From positions 1 to 61,901 of the forward strand of contig JAILIF010000043.1 in the NCBI GenBank assembly GCA_024695405.1: DNA of 61,901 nucleotides. Reading direction: 5' to 3'. Below the pieces are notes generated by a model. It saw only the letters and a program-made list of their open reading frames with translations. It searched no databases and was not told the origin of the DNA. A program made the translations under genes and the position numbers. Shown piece by piece: positions 1-10,202 of this stretch (its first letter is position 1; every line of letters begins with the position of its first letter). Source of the stretch: Bacilli bacterium (GTDB lineage: Bacteria; Bacillota_I; Bacilli_A; RFN20; CAG-826).

Positions 1-948
1 ATTAGACAGTTTAACCTTATGTTCAAGACTTTCCAGGGTGTTACAGAAGATAATAGATCTACTGTTTATTTACGTCCTGAAACTGCTCAAGGTATGTTTG
101 TTAACTTTAAAAATGTTATTAGAACTACTAGAAGAAAATTGCCTATTGGTATTTGTAATGTAGGTAGAGCATTTAGAAACGAAATTACTCCAGGTCAAAT
201 GACTTTCAGAATGAGAGAATTTGATCAAATGGAAATGGAATTCTTCTGTAAACCAGGAACTGACTTAGAATGGTTTAGCTATTGGAAGCAATATTGCTTA
301 GACTTTATTGCATCTTTAGGTATTAAGAAAGAAAACTTAAGATATAGAGACCATGAACCAGAAGAATTAGCATTCTATTCAAAAGCTACTACAGATATTG
401 AATATTTGTTCCCATTTGGCTGGGGCGAAATCTGGGGTATCGCAGATAGAACTGATTACGATTTAGGTAGACACCAAAAATATAGTGGTGAATCTCTTGA
501 ATATCTTGATCCAGAAACAAATGAAAAATATTTACCATATTGTATTGAACCATCAGTTGGTCTTGATAGATTGGTATTAATGACTCTAGCGGATGCTTAT
601 GATGAAGAACCTGTTGGAGATAACGATACACGTATTGTTATGCACCTTTCTCCAGCTGTTGCTCCAACAAAAGTTGCAGTTCTTCCATTAAGTAAGAAGT
701 TAGAACTAAAAGCAAGAGAAGTCGAACAAATGCTTGCAAAATATATGACTGCTGTTTATGACGATACTGGTAGTATTGGTAAACGTTATAGAAGACAAGA
801 TGCAGTTGGTACTCCATTCTGTGTTACTGTTGACTTTGATACTGAAAATGATGGAGCAGTCACAATTAGAGATAGAGACACTATGGAACAAATCCGTATG
901 CCTATCGCTGATTTAGTTAAATATCTTAACAATAAAATCTTCTTCTAA
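1..948 (+). CDS. glyQS: glycine--tRNA ligase (alpha2-type GlyRS), 5'-truncated by window edge
   Basis: Frame 1 is open from base 1 ([13 protein letters not shown]...), so the ATG at 19 is internal. Class II GlyRS signatures are present ([31 protein letters not shown]) plus a C-terminal anticodon-binding domain. Confidence 0.9.
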   Translation: MRQFNLMFKTFQGVTEDNRSTVYLRPETAQGMFVNFKNVIRTTRRKLPIGICNVGRAFRNEITPGQMTFRMREFDQMEMEFFCKPGTDLEWFSYWKQYCLDFIASLGIKKENLRYRDHEPEELAFYSKATTDIEYLFPFGWGEIWGIADRTDYDLGRHQKYSGESLEYLDPETNEKYLPYCIEPSVGLDRLVLMTLADAYDEEPVGDNDTRIVMHLSPAVAPTKVAVLPLSKKLELKAREVEQMLAKYMTAVYDDTGSIGKRYRRQDAVGTPFCVTVDFDTENDGAVTIRDRDTMEQIRMPIADLVKYLNNKIFF

Positions 949-961
949 TTAAAGGAGTTAT

Positions 962-2743
962 ATGCCTGTTGATAATGATTTAAAAGAAGCTGTTTTAAAG
1001 CACGCCGACATAGTCGAAGTGATTAAATCATTCATTCCTGTTACTAAAAAGGGAAAGAATTATTTTGCTGTGTGTCCATTCCATGACGACACAAACCCTT
1101 CTTTATCAATATCACCAGAAAAACAAATATTTAGATGCTTTGTTTGTGGAACTTCTGGAACCGCAATATCGTTCGTAATGAAATATAAGGGCTTATCATA
1201 TTTCGAAGCTCTTAAAACGGTTGCGGAAATATCTGGATTTGATGATCCTAGATTACATTCACAAACTGTTAAAGTAGTTAAAAAAGATGAAGTTGCTGAG
1301 CCAATGCTTAAGTGCTTAAAAGATTTAACTCTTTATTATCAATATGCTTTAACTACCGAAGAAGGAAAAGAAGGACTAGAATACTTTAATTCAAGAAATC
1401 TAGACGATTCCTTAAAAGAGAAATTCCTTCTCGGATATGCTTACAAAGACGGAAAAGCTACTTGTGATTATTTACAGAAAAAAGGCCATTCAATCAAAAC
1501 TATTGAAGATATCGGAATTGGAAAGATGAGCAATGGCACAATTACTGATAAAAACGCAGGCAGAGCAATATTCCCAATATGTAACGCTAATGGTGATGTA
1601 GTTGGCTATAGCGCTAGAAGAATAGGAAATGGTAGCGAAGCAAAATATGTTAACTCACCAGAAACCTATTTATTCCATAAAAGTAAAATTTTATATAACT
1701 ATCATAATGCAAAAGATAAAGCTCGTAATAAAAAACACATCTATGTGTTAGAAGGGTTTATGGATGTATTTGCATTAGAAAAAGTAGGAATAGATAACTG
1801 TGTTGCCTTAATGGGAACAGCGTTAACTAATGATCACATAACTATGTTAAGAAGCCTTAACTGCGAAATAAGAATGTGTTTAGATGGCGACTTACCTGGA
1901 CAACACGCAATGATGGAAGCATGTAAACTGTTCTCTAAAGCAGGAATGTCTTGTAGAATCGTTTACAACAACAATTCAAATAAAGATCCAGATGAAATTC
2001 TTAATACAGAAGGTAAGGATGCATTAATAAAATATTTAAACACTTTACTAACTTATCCAGAGTTTGCACTGAATTATTATCAAAACTCAAATCCATTAAA
2101 TACAGCAGAGCAAAAGAAAGCTTTAATTAGTGAATTTATACCCATATTGTTATCTTTAGATAGCCAATTAGAATTAGGCACTTATTTAAGGAAGTTATCA
2201 AAAATAACCGGATATGATATAGAAAGTATTAGAGAACTTCTTAAAAAAGTTAAAGTTAAGAAAACAGATGTTACTAAAGCAATTGCTTCATTCCATCCAG
2301 AAAGAAAAGTATTAGCAAAACTTGCTCTTGCTGAAAGAGAAATGCTCTTCCAAATGTTAAACAACAAGAGTGCAGTTAACTTTTATGAATCTAAACTTGG
2401 TGGATTCTACGATGAAATATATAGAAACATCGCTAACTATATTGTTGAGTATACAAAGGCACATGAAAACATTGATATACCCGCAATAATAAACGAAATT
2501 GAAGGTTCTGACTTAGACAATAGGGACGAGCTAATAAATGAATTGACTGGCTTATTATATGAAAGAAGAAGCCATCCAAGTTGTGATGATAACTTGTTAA
2601 GTGATTTATTTGATTCGATTAACAAAGAGAAAGAAAGAATCTTTGAAAATGACATACTTGAACAATCACTTCAAGGGAAATCCGAGTTAGAGAAAGCTCG
2701 ACTGATTAAAGAATTTAATGATAGAAAATTCAAAAATAAATAA
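962..2743 (+). CDS. dnaG: DNA primase
   Basis: CHC2 zinc finger (CPFHDDTNPSLS...FRCFVCG) and TOPRIM core (YVLEGFMDV, LDGDLPGQ). SD AAAGGAG lies upstream. The dnaG-sigA order matches Bacillus. Confidence 0.95.
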   Translation: MPVDNDLKEAVLKHADIVEVIKSFIPVTKKGKNYFAVCPFHDDTNPSLSISPEKQIFRCFVCGTSGTAISFVMKYKGLSYFEALKTVAEISGFDDPRLHSQTVKVVKKDEVAEPMLKCLKDLTLYYQYALTTEEGKEGLEYFNSRNLDDSLKEKFLLGYAYKDGKATCDYLQKKGHSIKTIEDIGIGKMSNGTITDKNAGRAIFPICNANGDVVGYSARRIGNGSEAKYVNSPETYLFHKSKILYNYHNAKDKARNKKHIYVLEGFMDVFALEKVGIDNCVALMGTALTNDHITMLRSLNCEIRMCLDGDLPGQHAMMEACKLFSKAGMSCRIVYNNNSNKDPDEILNTEGKDALIKYLNTLLTYPEFALNYYQNSNPLNTAEQKKALISEFIPILLSLDSQLELGTYLRKLSKITGYDIESIRELLKKVKVKKTDVTKAIASFHPERKVLAKLALAEREMLFQMLNNKSAVNFYESKLGGFYDEIYRNIANYIVEYTKAHENIDIPAIINEIEGSDLDNRDELINELTGLLYERRSHPSCDDNLLSDLFDSINKEKERIFENDILEQSLQGKSELEKARLIKEFNDRKFKNK

Positions 2744-2761
2744 GAGGAAAGGTAAATACTT

Positions 2762-3982
2762 ATGGCAAAAAAAGAAAGTAAAAAAGCAACAATCGTCAAC
2801 GAAGATGGCGAAATTATGAATCTTGATGAAATCAAGAAAAGTTTATTAAAGAAAGCAAAATCTGCTGGATCGCTTGATCAAAGCGACATTTATGACGCAC
2901 TTTCCGCTTATGAAATTGATGATGATACAGTTAATGAATTAATTACATTCTTCAAAGAACAAGGCGTAGAAGTTATCTCTGAAGATGACGAAGAAGAAGA
3001 TGAAGAATTTGAAGAAGATTTCGATTATGAAAAGATGAATAAGGGCGCTACTGAGGATGATTTTGAAGATTTCGAAGGAGACGAAAACTTAGAAGAAGAT
3101 ATTGATATTGAACATCTTGATGTTACTTTAGGCGGAGAAGTTAAAGTTAATGACTCTGTTAAGATGTATCTTAAAGCAATTGGTGCTTATGCACTTATTG
3201 ATGCTGATAGAGAAATCATTCTTGCTAAGAAAATCTTGGAAGGTGATGAAGATGCTAAAAACGAATTAATCAACGCAAACTTACGTTTAGTTGTTAATAT
3301 TGCTAAGCATTATGTTGGTAGAGGTATGCTCTTCTTAGATTTGATCCAAGAAGGTAACTTAGGCTTAATGAAGGCTGTTGATAAATTCGATTACACAAAA
3401 GGATTTAAGTTCTCAACATATGCGACTTGGTGGATTCGTCAAGCAATTACACGTGCTATCGCAGATCAAGCTCGTACAATTCGTATTCCTGTTCACATGG
3501 TTGAAACAATTAACAAAATGACAAGAATTCAACGTCAATTAATTCAAGAATTAGGAAGAGAACCAACTGCAGAAGAAATTTCTGATGCTATGGGTGGTGA
3601 ACTTCCTCCAAAGAGAATTAGAGAAATTCAAAGAATTGCTCTTGAACCTGTTTCATTAGAAACACCTATTGGTGAAGAAGATGATTCACATTTAGGTGAT
3701 TTTATCGAAGATAAAGAATCAGAATCTCCTGTTGAATTCACTACAAGGCAACTCTTAAAAGAAGAATTATATTCAATTCTTACTGAACTTTCTGATAGAG
3801 AAGAAAGAGTTATTAGATTACGTTATGGTTTAGATGATAATCGCCCAAGAACTCTTGAAGAAGTTGGTAAAGAATTTGGTGTCACTCGTGAAAGAATTAG
3901 ACAAATTGAAGCTAAAGCTATTAAGAAATTAAGACACCCTACTAGAAGTAAGCGTTTAGGCGATTACAAGGAAAAACTATAA
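2762..3982 (+). CDS. sigA: primary RNA polymerase sigma factor (sigma-70/SigA)
   Basis: Acidic region 1, region 2 ([30 protein letters not shown]) and region 4.2 ([20 protein letters not shown]). Confidence 0.95.
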   Translation: MAKKESKKATIVNEDGEIMNLDEIKKSLLKKAKSAGSLDQSDIYDALSAYEIDDDTVNELITFFKEQGVEVISEDDEEEDEEFEEDFDYEKMNKGATEDDFEDFEGDENLEEDIDIEHLDVTLGGEVKVNDSVKMYLKAIGAYALIDADREIILAKKILEGDEDAKNELINANLRLVVNIAKHYVGRGMLFLDLIQEGNLGLMKAVDKFDYTKGFKFSTYATWWIRQAITRAIADQARTIRIPVHMVETINKMTRIQRQLIQELGREPTAEEISDAMGGELPPKRIREIQRIALEPVSLETPIGEEDDSHLGDFIEDKESESPVEFTTRQLLKEELYSILTELSDREERVIRLRYGLDDNRPRTLEEVGKEFGVTRERIRQIEAKAIKKLRHPTRSKRLGDYKEKL

Positions 3983-4647
3983 TGGAGATTAAAATATCCA
4001 AACGATTAGAAACAATTGCTGCAATGGTTCCAAAAAGCGTTGTAGCAGATATTGGCAGCGATCATGGAAAACTAATGATTGAATTATTTAATAGTGGAAA
4101 AATAACCAAAGGTTACGCTGTTGAAAATAAGAAAGGTCCTTATAATCGTTTGGTGAAAGCACTGGAAGAAGAGGGGATTATTGACCATGTTATTCCTATG
4201 CTTTCAGATGGAATTACTGAGCTTCCTAAATGTGTTACAACAGTAGTTGTTGCAGGAATGGGAGGAAAAGCAATTGTTAATATCCTCAAAAAGGATTTAA
4301 GCAAGTTAAATAATGTTCAAACATTAGTTATTGATGCACATTCATGTATTCCTTATTTAAGAGACGAAGTATCTAAAATTGGTTATTCTATTTCGGATGA
4401 AAAGATAATCAAGGAAGATGGAATTTTCTACGAGATTATTCGTTTTACCAAATCTGATATCGCTTTCTATAGTGATGACGATATTGAGTTCGGACCAATT
4501 TTAAGAAAAGAAAAAAGCGCTCTTTTCAAAGAAAAATATCAAAGTAGAATTGATGAAATTGACAATTTAATTAGTTCTAATAAATTACCCTACAATAGAA
4601 TTGCTATTCTAACTGCAGAAAAAAATAAACTGGAGACTATCTTATGA
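3982..4647 (+). CDS. trmK: tRNA (adenine22-N1)-methyltransferase TrmK (YqfN family)
   Basis: N-terminal SKRLETIAAMVP..VADIGSDHGKL and AGMGG motifs as in B. subtilis YqfN. Position downstream of sigA is conserved. Ends with TGA, overlapping the next ATG (ATGA). Confidence 0.8.
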   Translation: MEIKISKRLETIAAMVPKSVVADIGSDHGKLMIELFNSGKITKGYAVENKKGPYNRLVKALEEEGIIDHVIPMLSDGITELPKCVTTVVVAGMGGKAIVNILKKDLSKLNNVQTLVIDAHSCIPYLRDEVSKIGYSISDEKIIKEDGIFYEIIRFTKSDIAFYSDDDIEFGPILRKEKSALFKEKYQSRIDEIDNLISSNKLPYNRIAILTAEKNKLETIL

Positions 4648-5414
4648 TAGAAATGAAAAAGATTTTACAAAAGTTGTCCATTAATTTTCCAAAAAGATTA
4701 GCTGCAAAATATCATGATCATGTAGGATTGATGACTGGTAAAATGCCTGGAAAAGTTAATAAAATCTTTTTGTGTTTAGATTTAGATTTTGAGGTTTTGC
4801 CTGAAGTTATTAAAACTAGACCTGATGTTATTATTACACATCACCCTTTTATATATGGAACAAAGGCAAAAGTATTTAAATGGGACTTATATAAGAAAGA
4901 ACTATGCGAAAAAATTGATTCTTTAGGAATACCTGTTTATTCTTTCCATACAAACTTTGATGAAGGAAATGGCGGCATGAATGACGCTTTTGCGTCAGCG
5001 CTTGGATTAAATGATGTATATTCTAATCCTTTAGATCCAATGATGAGAATTGGATTTTTGCCAAAAGAAATGGATGTTAAAGAGTTTAGCAAATTTGCTA
5101 AAGAAAGATTTAATGTTTCTTATGGTCTTTTAGTCAATTACGGCAAAGAAAAAGTTAAAAAGGTAGGAATTATTGGCGGCGGTGGTTCCCGCAATTATGT
5201 AAACGCAATTAAGGAAGACTGCGACATTTACATTTCTGGCGATGCCCCACATTATGTTAGACGCGATGTTGTAACTAGAAAATTTAATTATTTAGATTTT
5301 CCTCATGAAATAGAAAAGATCTTTATGCCTACAATGAAAAATATCCTACTTTCTATTGATGGTTCTTTAGAAATCATTACTATTGATCACGAAAAACTTC
5401 CAACTGTTATTTAG
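4644..5414 (+). CDS. Nif3-like dinuclear metal centre protein (YqfO family)
   Basis: Nif3 signatures (ITHHPFIY, FHTNFD, GGGGS...SGD..HY). Conserved trmK-nif3 pairing. Confidence 0.75.
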   Translation: MIEMKKILQKLSINFPKRLAAKYHDHVGLMTGKMPGKVNKIFLCLDLDFEVLPEVIKTRPDVIITHHPFIYGTKAKVFKWDLYKKELCEKIDSLGIPVYSFHTNFDEGNGGMNDAFASALGLNDVYSNPLDPMMRIGFLPKEMDVKEFSKFAKERFNVSYGLLVNYGKEKVKKVGIIGGGGSRNYVNAIKEDCDIYISGDAPHYVRRDVVTRKFNYLDFPHEIEKIFMPTMKNILLSIDGSLEIITIDHEKLPTVI

Positions 5415-6279
5415 TGATTTTACTAATTTTTTCGTAAACCGAATTTATTACTTCACGAGGTGTAGATGTTCCTGAAGTAATAACAATGTGATTCTTATTA
5501 TTAAACATTTCTGTATTAATATCGTCTTCGCTTGACACTAGATAAGTGGAGGCTTTTTTATTTCTAAAAGAAGAAATTTCAAATAAACGTTTTGTGTTCG
5601 AAGAATTTTTATCTCCAACAACAATAACTGTATCGACATCGTCATCAATTTTTAAGATACTTTCTTGCCTTATTCTTGTTGCTGGGCAAATTTCGTTATT
5701 GAATTCTGCATCAGGATATTTTTCTTTAATATAATTAAAGATATCTTCTAATTCTTTGAAATTTAAAGTGGTTTGATTTGTTACAAAAACTTTCTTTTTT
5801 GTATCGAATTCTTCAAAAACATTCGTTTTTGCATCGTATAAATGAATGTATTTGGATATTGATAAGCACGCTGTTGTTTCAGGATGATTTTTTATTCCAA
5901 CAAAAATTATATTGTAATTCGATGCTATTTTTTCTTTTATCAGGCTCATATTAGCTTTTACTATTGGGCAAACACAGTCATATATAATCATGTTTTTATT
6001 TCTGGCAATTTCGTCTACTTTTTCATCATGACCATGCGCAGTAAAAATAATAATACTTCCATCGTTTAATGAACTGATTTTCTCTTCTAACGAAGTATTA
6101 TCAGCAAGATTAGTTATTCCAATTGATTCTAAAGAATCAATAACATGTGAATTGTGGACTAAACTCCCTAAAATATAAACTGGCTTATTAGAATGTTCTT
6201 TTTTAATTTTAATTGCTTTTAAAATTGCGTTGTTAACGCCAGAACAATATCCAACGGGTTGTAAAATTTCAATTTTCAT
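5407..6279 (-). CDS. ispH: 4-hydroxy-3-methylbut-2-enyl diphosphate reductase (MEP pathway)
   Basis: IspH/LytB-like: GYCSGVNNAI, LGSLVHN, VCPIV, NEICPATRIRQ (three Fe-S Cys positions), SSNTKRL. Confidence 0.9.
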   Translation of the reverse strand: MKIEILQPVGYCSGVNNAILKAIKIKKEHSNKPVYILGSLVHNSHVIDSLESIGITNLADNTSLEEKISSLNDGSIIIFTAHGHDEKVDEIARNKNMIIYDCVCPIVKANMSLIKEKIASNYNIIFVGIKNHPETTACLSISKYIHLYDAKTNVFEEFDTKKKVFVTNQTTLNFKELEDIFNYIKEKYPDAEFNNEICPATRIRQESILKIDDDVDTVIVVGDKNSSNTKRLFEISSFRNKKASTYLVSSEDDINTEMFNNKNHIVITSGTSTPREVINSVYEKISKITK

Positions 6280-6313
6280 CTTAAATATGATACCATAATT
6301 TAAGGTAAAAATT

Positions 6314-7198
6314 ATGAACGAAAAATTATTAATAGGATCTCATGTAAGTATGAATGCTCCAGATTTTTATTTGGGATCTGTTAAAGAAGCGATTTCTTAT
6401 GGCTCGACAGCCTTTATGTTTTATACTGGGGCACCGCAAAATTCATTTAGAAAACCATTATCTGAATTAAAAATTCAGGAAGGTAGAAAGCTTCTTTTAG
6501 AAGCAGGAATTGATGAATCAAAAATCGTGGTTCATGCTCCATACATCATAAATGCTGCTAATAAAAATAAACCAGATTTATGGGAAATGAGTATTAAAAC
6601 AATTACAAATGAAGTAAAAAGAACCGCTGGATTTAATTGTAAAACTTTAGTTTTACATCCTGGTAATCACGTTGGCAATGGTAATGAAGTAGCTATAAAA
6701 ACATTAGCTGAAGCTCTTGATCAAGTATTTGAAAATGACGGCACTGATGTAAAAATCGCACTTGAAACGATGTGCGGAAAAGGAACTGAAATCGGAATTA
6801 CTTTCGAAGAAATAGCAAAAATTATCTCACTTTGTAAATACAAAGATAGATTGGGCGTATGTTTAGACACATGCCATACATCTGATTATGGCTATGATTT
6901 ATCTGATTTTGATTCTATGCTAGATGAATTTGATAAGGTAATTGGATTGGATAGATTACTAGTTATTCATTTAAACGACTCTAAGAACCCTAAGGGCGCA
7001 CATAAAGATAGACACGAAAATATTGGCTATGGTTATATTGGATTTGACTCTTTGAATAAAATTGCTCATAACCCTAGAGTTGCTAATATTCCAAAAATTC
7101 TAGAAACTCCTTATATAAATGAAAAACCACCTTACGGCAAAGAAATTGAAATGCTTAAAAGTGGTAAATATATTGACAATTGGAAAGAAAATTTTTAA
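6314..7198 (+). CDS. nfo: endonuclease IV (deoxyribonuclease IV)
   Basis: AP endonuclease family 2 pattern (IGSHVS, HAPYIIN, VLHPG, LETMCGKGTE, CLDTCH, HLNDSKN..G..KDRHENIG). Confidence 0.9.
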   Translation: MNEKLLIGSHVSMNAPDFYLGSVKEAISYGSTAFMFYTGAPQNSFRKPLSELKIQEGRKLLLEAGIDESKIVVHAPYIINAANKNKPDLWEMSIKTITNEVKRTAGFNCKTLVLHPGNHVGNGNEVAIKTLAEALDQVFENDGTDVKIALETMCGKGTEIGITFEEIAKIISLCKYKDRLGVCLDTCHTSDYGYDLSDFDSMLDEFDKVIGLDRLLVIHLNDSKNPKGAHKDRHENIGYGYIGFDSLNKIAHNPRVANIPKILETPYINEKPPYGKEIEMLKSGKYIDNWKENF

Positions 7199-8244
7199 AG
7201 CTTATTAATTTCGGCTACAAGAGCATCGAAGACTTTGCCTTCGGAGTATCTTCCCAATATTCGTTCTTTCTTAAAAATCACAAAATCATTAACGCCGCCA
7301 GCAATTCCTATGTCGGCGTTTTTTGCTTCGCCAGGACCGTTTACGACACATCCCATTACGGCAACATGAATAGGCTTTTGAATTTTTTCTAAATAATTCA
7401 TGACTTTTTCAGCAATTGCTTTTACATTCACCCTTGTTCTTCCACAGGTCGGACAAGCAACGATTGTAGGATAATTTGGATATAAACCACAATCGTGTAA
7501 TAAACGCTTAGCTGCGATGACTTCTTCTTTAGGATCTTCAGTCATAGAAATTCTAATTGTGTCACCAATTCCATCAAGCAGGAGTGGTGCAAGACCAGCT
7601 GAACTTCTTATTAAGGAAATATCTTTATATCCAGCTTCGGTAATTCCTAAGTGTAATGGATATGGGAAAGTTTCACTTGCTAATCTATATGCTTCAATAC
7701 ATTCTAAGATATTACTTCCCTTAAGGGAAATCGCAATATCATAGAAGCCTAAATCCTCTAAAATCTTTACGTGTTTTTTTGCGGATTCAACTAAAACTTT
7801 TGCGGTATATTGAGTGGAATAATCATGAATTTCCTTATCTAAACTTCCTGAATTAACGCCGACTCTGATTGAAATACCTTTTTCTTTAGCCATATCGACA
7901 ACTTTTTTGATATTTTCAATTGAACCGATGTTACCTGGATTGATTCTGATTTTGTCTACTCCAGCTTCCATAGCCATTAAAGCTAACTTGTAATCAAAAT
8001 GAATATCTGCGACTAGTGGAATATTAATTTTGGATTTTATTTCTTTAATTGCTTTAGCATCTTTTTCGTCCATCACGGAAACTCGCATATAATCAGCGCC
8101 TAATTCCGCGCATTCGTTTATTTGTTTTGCAACTTCGTTAACTTTTTCAGTTTTTATATTGCACATTGATTGAATTAGGACTTTATTTTGACCACCTAAA
8201 ACAATATTTCCTATTTTAATTTGTTTTGTTTCTGTTCTTTTCAT
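7195..8244 (-). CDS. ispG: 4-hydroxy-3-methylbut-2-en-1-yl diphosphate synthase (MEP pathway)
   Basis: GcpE family (MKRTETKQIKIGNIVLGGQN..., RINPGNIG, ACPTCGR, MGCVVNGPGE). I trimmed the start to the ATG at 8244. The 46 extra N-terminal codons of the tracked ORF (to 8382) have no GcpE similarity and run antisense into rpmG. Confidence 0.9.
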   Translation of the reverse strand: MKRTETKQIKIGNIVLGGQNKVLIQSMCNIKTEKVNEVAKQINECAELGADYMRVSVMDEKDAKAIKEIKSKINIPLVADIHFDYKLALMAMEAGVDKIRINPGNIGSIENIKKVVDMAKEKGISIRVGVNSGSLDKEIHDYSTQYTAKVLVESAKKHVKILEDLGFYDIAISLKGSNILECIEAYRLASETFPYPLHLGITEAGYKDISLIRSSAGLAPLLLDGIGDTIRISMTEDPKEEVIAAKRLLHDCGLYPNYPTIVACPTCGRTRVNVKAIAEKVMNYLEKIQKPIHVAVMGCVVNGPGEAKNADIGIAGGVNDFVIFKKERILGRYSEGKVFDALVAEINKL

Positions 8245-8287
8245 GTGTAAATTATAACATTTTAATGTTTTTGTAGAACAAAATATA

Positions 8288-8316
8288 TTTACAATATCTT
8301 TTACCTGTGGTAATGT
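8288..8316 (+). promoter_or_regulatory. candidate sigma-A promoter for rpmG
   Basis: TTTACA (8288-8293), a 17-nt spacer ending in TGG, then TAATGT (8311-8316), giving an extended -10-like TGgTAATGT. It lies about 25 nt upstream of the rpmG ATG. Sequence-only prediction. Confidence 0.3.
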
Positions 8317-8341
8317 TAATTGCGGCTTAAGGAGAAATAAT

Positions 8342-8506
8342 ATGGCAAAAGACGATAGAATCTCATTAACTCTTAAATGCACAGAATGTGGTGAAGAAAA
8401 CTACTTAACAAGTAAAAACAAGAAAAAACATCCTGAAAGATTGGAACTCAATAAATACTGCAATAAGTGCAAAAAAGTTACTCTTCACAAGGAGAAAAAG
8501 AAATAA
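8342..8506 (+). CDS. rpmG: 50S ribosomal protein L33
   Basis: Hand translation gives [54 protein letters not shown] (54 aa). It has the CxxC...CxxC zinc-ribbon form of L33. SD AAGGAG lies 7 nt upstream. Absent from the ORF track because it is under 60 aa. Confidence 0.85.
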   Translation: MAKDDRISLTLKCTECGEENYLTSKNKKKHPERLELNKYCNKCKKVTLHKEKKK

Positions 8507-8527
8507 TAGGCACCGCCTATTTTTTTC
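8506..8527 (+). terminator. rho-independent terminator after rpmG
   Basis: ATAGGC-ACC-GCCTAT hairpin followed by TTTTTTT. Confidence 0.5.
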
Positions 8528-8542
8528 TTATATTTATATAAG

Positions 8543-9178
8543 ATGTTAGAAGTAATACCATTCTTATACGAAGATATTGAAGAGTTAAAATCAAACACAT
8601 ATTTAATTAAAGATAATAAGAAAAAGTGTGTTGTAGTTGATCCTGGAGTGGATAATGACAAGCTTGGAGATTATATCAAAAAGAATAAATTATCACTTGA
8701 GGCAGTACTTTTAACACACTCACATGTTGACCACATGAGAGGTGTTGATAGATTAATTGATCGTTTTAAATGCAAATTATACGTTGGTTTTGATGATGAA
8801 ATTGGTCTAACTGATGAAGAATATAATTGTGCTTTAGAAATAGATGAAAGATTAGTTGTTAAAGCTAAAGCAATTACAGTTGCAGATAATGAAATTCTTA
8901 AAATTTTAAAAGAAGATATTAAGGTAATTTATACTCCTTTCCACACAAGAGGGTCAGTATGCTATTACTTTAGTAATAGTGGCTTATTATTTTCTGGCGA
9001 TACTTTATTTAAAAATGTTATTGGTAGAACTGACTTAAAATCATCTATTAGAAGCAGTATGCGTGATTCATTAGCAAAGCTTAGAATTTTACCTGATGAT
9101 GTTAAGGTTTATCCTGGGCATGGTGAGTTTACTACTATAGGAATTGAAAAGGTAAAGAACTTATTCCTCAATAGATAA
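8543..9178 (+). CDS. MBL-fold metallo-hydrolase (YqgX-like)
   Basis: HxHxDH motif (LTHSHVDHMRG), downstream His/Asp ligands (TPFHTRGS, SGDTLF, PGHG). Confidence 0.8.
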   Translation: MLEVIPFLYEDIEELKSNTYLIKDNKKKCVVVDPGVDNDKLGDYIKKNKLSLEAVLLTHSHVDHMRGVDRLIDRFKCKLYVGFDDEIGLTDEEYNCALEIDERLVVKAKAITVADNEILKILKEDIKVIYTPFHTRGSVCYYFSNSGLLFSGDTLFKNVIGRTDLKSSIRSSMRDSLAKLRILPDDVKVYPGHGEFTTIGIEKVKNLFLNR

Positions 9179-9226
9179 GATTTTGATATAATATCAAACG
9201 AAAACTTTTAGAAAGGATATAAACAA

Positions 9227-9784
9227 ATGGTTAACGTTACAGAATTAAGACCTGGAAACTACTTCATTGATGAAAATAATTTATATCTTGTTCTAGACAT
9301 TTTATTAAACAAAACAGCAATGAGAAAAATGGTTGCTAAAGTTAAAGTTAAAAACGTTAGAACAGGAACAATTAATGAAATTGCTCGTAACTCTGGTTAC
9401 ATGGTTGAAAGCATTAAATTAGACAAGAAAACAATGCAATATCTTTATGATTCAGGAGATTTCTTAGTATTCATGGATAATGAAACTTATGAACAAATCG
9501 AAATCAGCAAAGATAGATTAAAATGGGAAATGAATTTCTTAAAGAGTGAATGTAATGTCGATATCACCTCTTATGATGGAGAAATCCTTGGAATTCAATT
9601 ACCACCAAAGGTGGCTTTAAAAATTACAGTCTGCGAGCCTGCAATTAGAGGTGACACAGTCAATAAGCCAATGAAGCCTGCAACAGTCGAAACTGGCTTA
9701 GAAATTAAAGTTCCTTTATTCATTGAAGAAGGCGAAGAAGTATTAGTTCGTACTGACAATGGTGAGTACGATTCAAGAGCGTAA
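9227..9784 (+). CDS. efp: translation elongation factor P
   Basis: Full-length EF-P pattern (three OB/KOW-like domains, VKVKNVRTG, ...PATVETGLEIKVPLFI). SD GAAAGGA upstream. Confidence 0.95.
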   Translation: MVNVTELRPGNYFIDENNLYLVLDILLNKTAMRKMVAKVKVKNVRTGTINEIARNSGYMVESIKLDKKTMQYLYDSGDFLVFMDNETYEQIEISKDRLKWEMNFLKSECNVDITSYDGEILGIQLPPKVALKITVCEPAIRGDTVNKPMKPATVETGLEIKVPLFIEEGEEVLVRTDNGEYDSRA

Positions 9785-9806
9785 ATAGAAGGGGAAAAGT
9801 ATTATT

Positions 9807-10028
9807 ATGGAAATCGAAGTTTGGCAATTAATTCTTTACATTGTATTAGCATTGATTGGTGGGGGTGTAGCTGGATTCTTTATTAGTAAATCATTATTTA
9901 CAAAACAACTTAAAGAAAATCCTCCAATTAACGAAAAAATGATTCGTGCCATGTTTAGATCAATGGGTAGAAACCCTAGTGAAAAACAAGTTCGCGAAGT
10001 TATGAGAAATGTTAATAATCAACGCTAA
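9807..10028 (+). CDS. UPF0154 (YneF-family) small membrane protein
   Basis: One N-terminal TM helix followed by PPINEKMIRAMFRSMGRNPSEKQV, the typical YneF motif. yneF also lies near parEC in Bacillus. Confidence 0.7.
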   Translation: MEIEVWQLILYIVLALIGGGVAGFFISKSLFTKQLKENPPINEKMIRAMFRSMGRNPSEKQVREVMRNVNNQR

Positions 10029-10046
10029 GTAAAACTACAAAAACTA

Positions 10047-10072
10047 AAAGGCAGCGAGGTGCTGCCTTTTTT
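10047..10072 (+). terminator. rho-independent terminator after yneF-like gene
   Basis: AAAGGCAGC-GAGGT-GCTGCCTTT hairpin followed by a T-tract. Confidence 0.7.
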
Positions 10073-10173
10073 GTGCCATAAGTATGTATGTAGGTTAAAA
10101 AAACATAAAAAATAACCCGAAAAATAGAACAAAAATTCTTTTATATTAATATAAGTGCCAATTTTCATCGTAT

Positions 10174-10202
10174 TTGAAATGTCAATTTTAAATGCCTAAA
10201 AT
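10174..10202 (+). promoter_or_regulatory. near-consensus sigma-A promoter far upstream of parE
   Basis: TTGAAA (10174-10179), exactly 17 nt, then TAAAAT (10197-10202). This would give a roughly 165-nt leader before the parE ATG. Sequence-only prediction. Confidence 0.35.

Noticed and set aside
8245-8382. N-terminal 46 codons of the tracked ispG ORF ([16 protein letters not shown]...).
   Set aside because: No GcpE similarity. It lies antisense over rpmG and its promoter. The conserved IspG N-terminus starts at the internal ATG at 8244.
10025-10168. 47-codon - strand ORF (MKIGTYINIKEFLFYFSGYF...) in the yneF-parE spacer.
   Set aside because: No SD. It runs straight through the yneF terminator hairpin into the yneF stop, and its Phe/Tyr-rich composition reflects poly-A/T spacer DNA.
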